Assembly (NCBI RefSeq): GCF_026571515.1
Contig: NW_026865125.1
Coordinates: 1-64,000, forward strand
Direction of reading: 5' to 3'
Length of the DNA: 64,000 nt
Source of the DNA: Ruditapes philippinarum
Taxonomy: Eukaryota
The notes beneath the pieces were generated by a model, which did no database searches, was not told where the DNA came from, and saw nothing but the letters and a program-made list of their open reading frames with translations. The stretch's first letter is position 1, and each line of letters opens with the position of its first letter. The position numbers and the translations under genes were made by a program. Shown in pieces: positions 63,040-64,000 of the stretch.

Positions 63040-64000
63040 AATTATATATGCACTAGTAACGCCAGAACATCAGGTGGTACAAGCATTGCTATCGCAAATT
63101 GCGTTCCACAAAAGAATTAAAACGTAACACAAGATTACAAGCTATAGCTGTGCAGGTGACCTTACATCGAACACTAACAATTTGTTCTTTATACCTTCCT
63201 CCAAATATAGCGGTAACAAGTGATGAACTTGAAAGTATTGTTCGACAATTACCATCACCTTTCCTTTTGCTAGGCGACTTTAATGCTCACAATCCTATGT
63301 GGGGCAGTATATCTACAAATAATATGGGTAACAAAACTGAAAAATTGATAGATAACTTTCAGCTTTGTTTATTAAACAATCGGTCACCTACATATTTACA
63401 TTCAGCTACAGGTACGTTTTCTTGCATCGACCTCTCGATTGTCCACTCTGCTATATACTTGGACTTCGATTGGAAAGTTTTAGATGACCAGTACGGCAGT
63501 GATCATTATCATTGTTACTAACATCAAATGACTCTATACCAGATGAAGGACGTCAAATTTTAAAATTTAAGAAAGCAGATTGGGAAATATTTACTAGGCT
63601 TTGTTCTATTGATCTAACAAAAAATGAATTTGATTTCACCTCTGATGATATAGCTGACACTTTCTCTTTAGCATTACATACGATTTCCTGCAAAGTTATT
63701 CCATTAAAAAAAATAAAAGTAACTAAATAAAAAAAAACATGGTTTAACGATGAATGTAAAAAAGCCGTTCGTACACGTAAAACTTCACTCAAAAAGTTTG
63801 AACATAGCCCTACAACAGAAAACCTTGAAAATTTTACAATATTTAGAGCCAAAGCTAGAAGATCAGTGCGTCAATCTAAACGCCAATCATGACAATCTTA
63901 TGTTTCAAATATTAATTCAAATACTCCTATTAGGAAAGTCTTGGATGCAGTACGAAAAGTAAGTGGTAAGTATAAAAAGAGTCCAACTGTTCACTTAAAA
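63040..64000 (+). mobile_element. I/Nimb-clade LINE ORF2 fragment (APE endonuclease), frameshifted; runs out of the window
   Basis: SGGTSI, LQAIAVQV, TICSLYLPP, LPSPFLLLGDFNAHNPMWGS, TYLHSATGTFSCIDLSI, GSDHY, FKKADW, WFNDECKKA. Confidence 0.88.

Overview
This is AT-rich, intron-containing animal DNA; the repeat types and gene families point to a bivalve mollusc (inference). Genes were reconstructed by hand from splice sites and reading frame. They are the 3' part of an SLC46-family MFS transporter (16-2229, +), a secreted coiled-coil/C1q-domain protein (4615-6215, +), three intact and deeply diverged 3-exon CNRIP1/CRIP1a paralogs (7589-10125 -, 15856-17352 -, 23342-24741 +), an intact GKS-type immunity-related GTPase with a spliced acidic N-terminal extension (54798-60834 -), and its disrupted tandem paralog (31791-33275 -). 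The rest is nested mobile DNA: two related families of long-TIR non-autonomous DNA transposons with CAC termini and 5-bp TSDs (Transib/RAG-like signature), Helentron-type HINEs with satellite arrays (one carries six perfect AGGTCAnnnTGACCT palindromes), L2, CR1-Zenon and I/Nimb LINEs, a Gypsy element, tRNA-SINEs, MITEs, and a decayed Penelope-like (Naiad-type) element with traces of selenocysteine recoding. All family assignments come from motif recognition; no database search was run.
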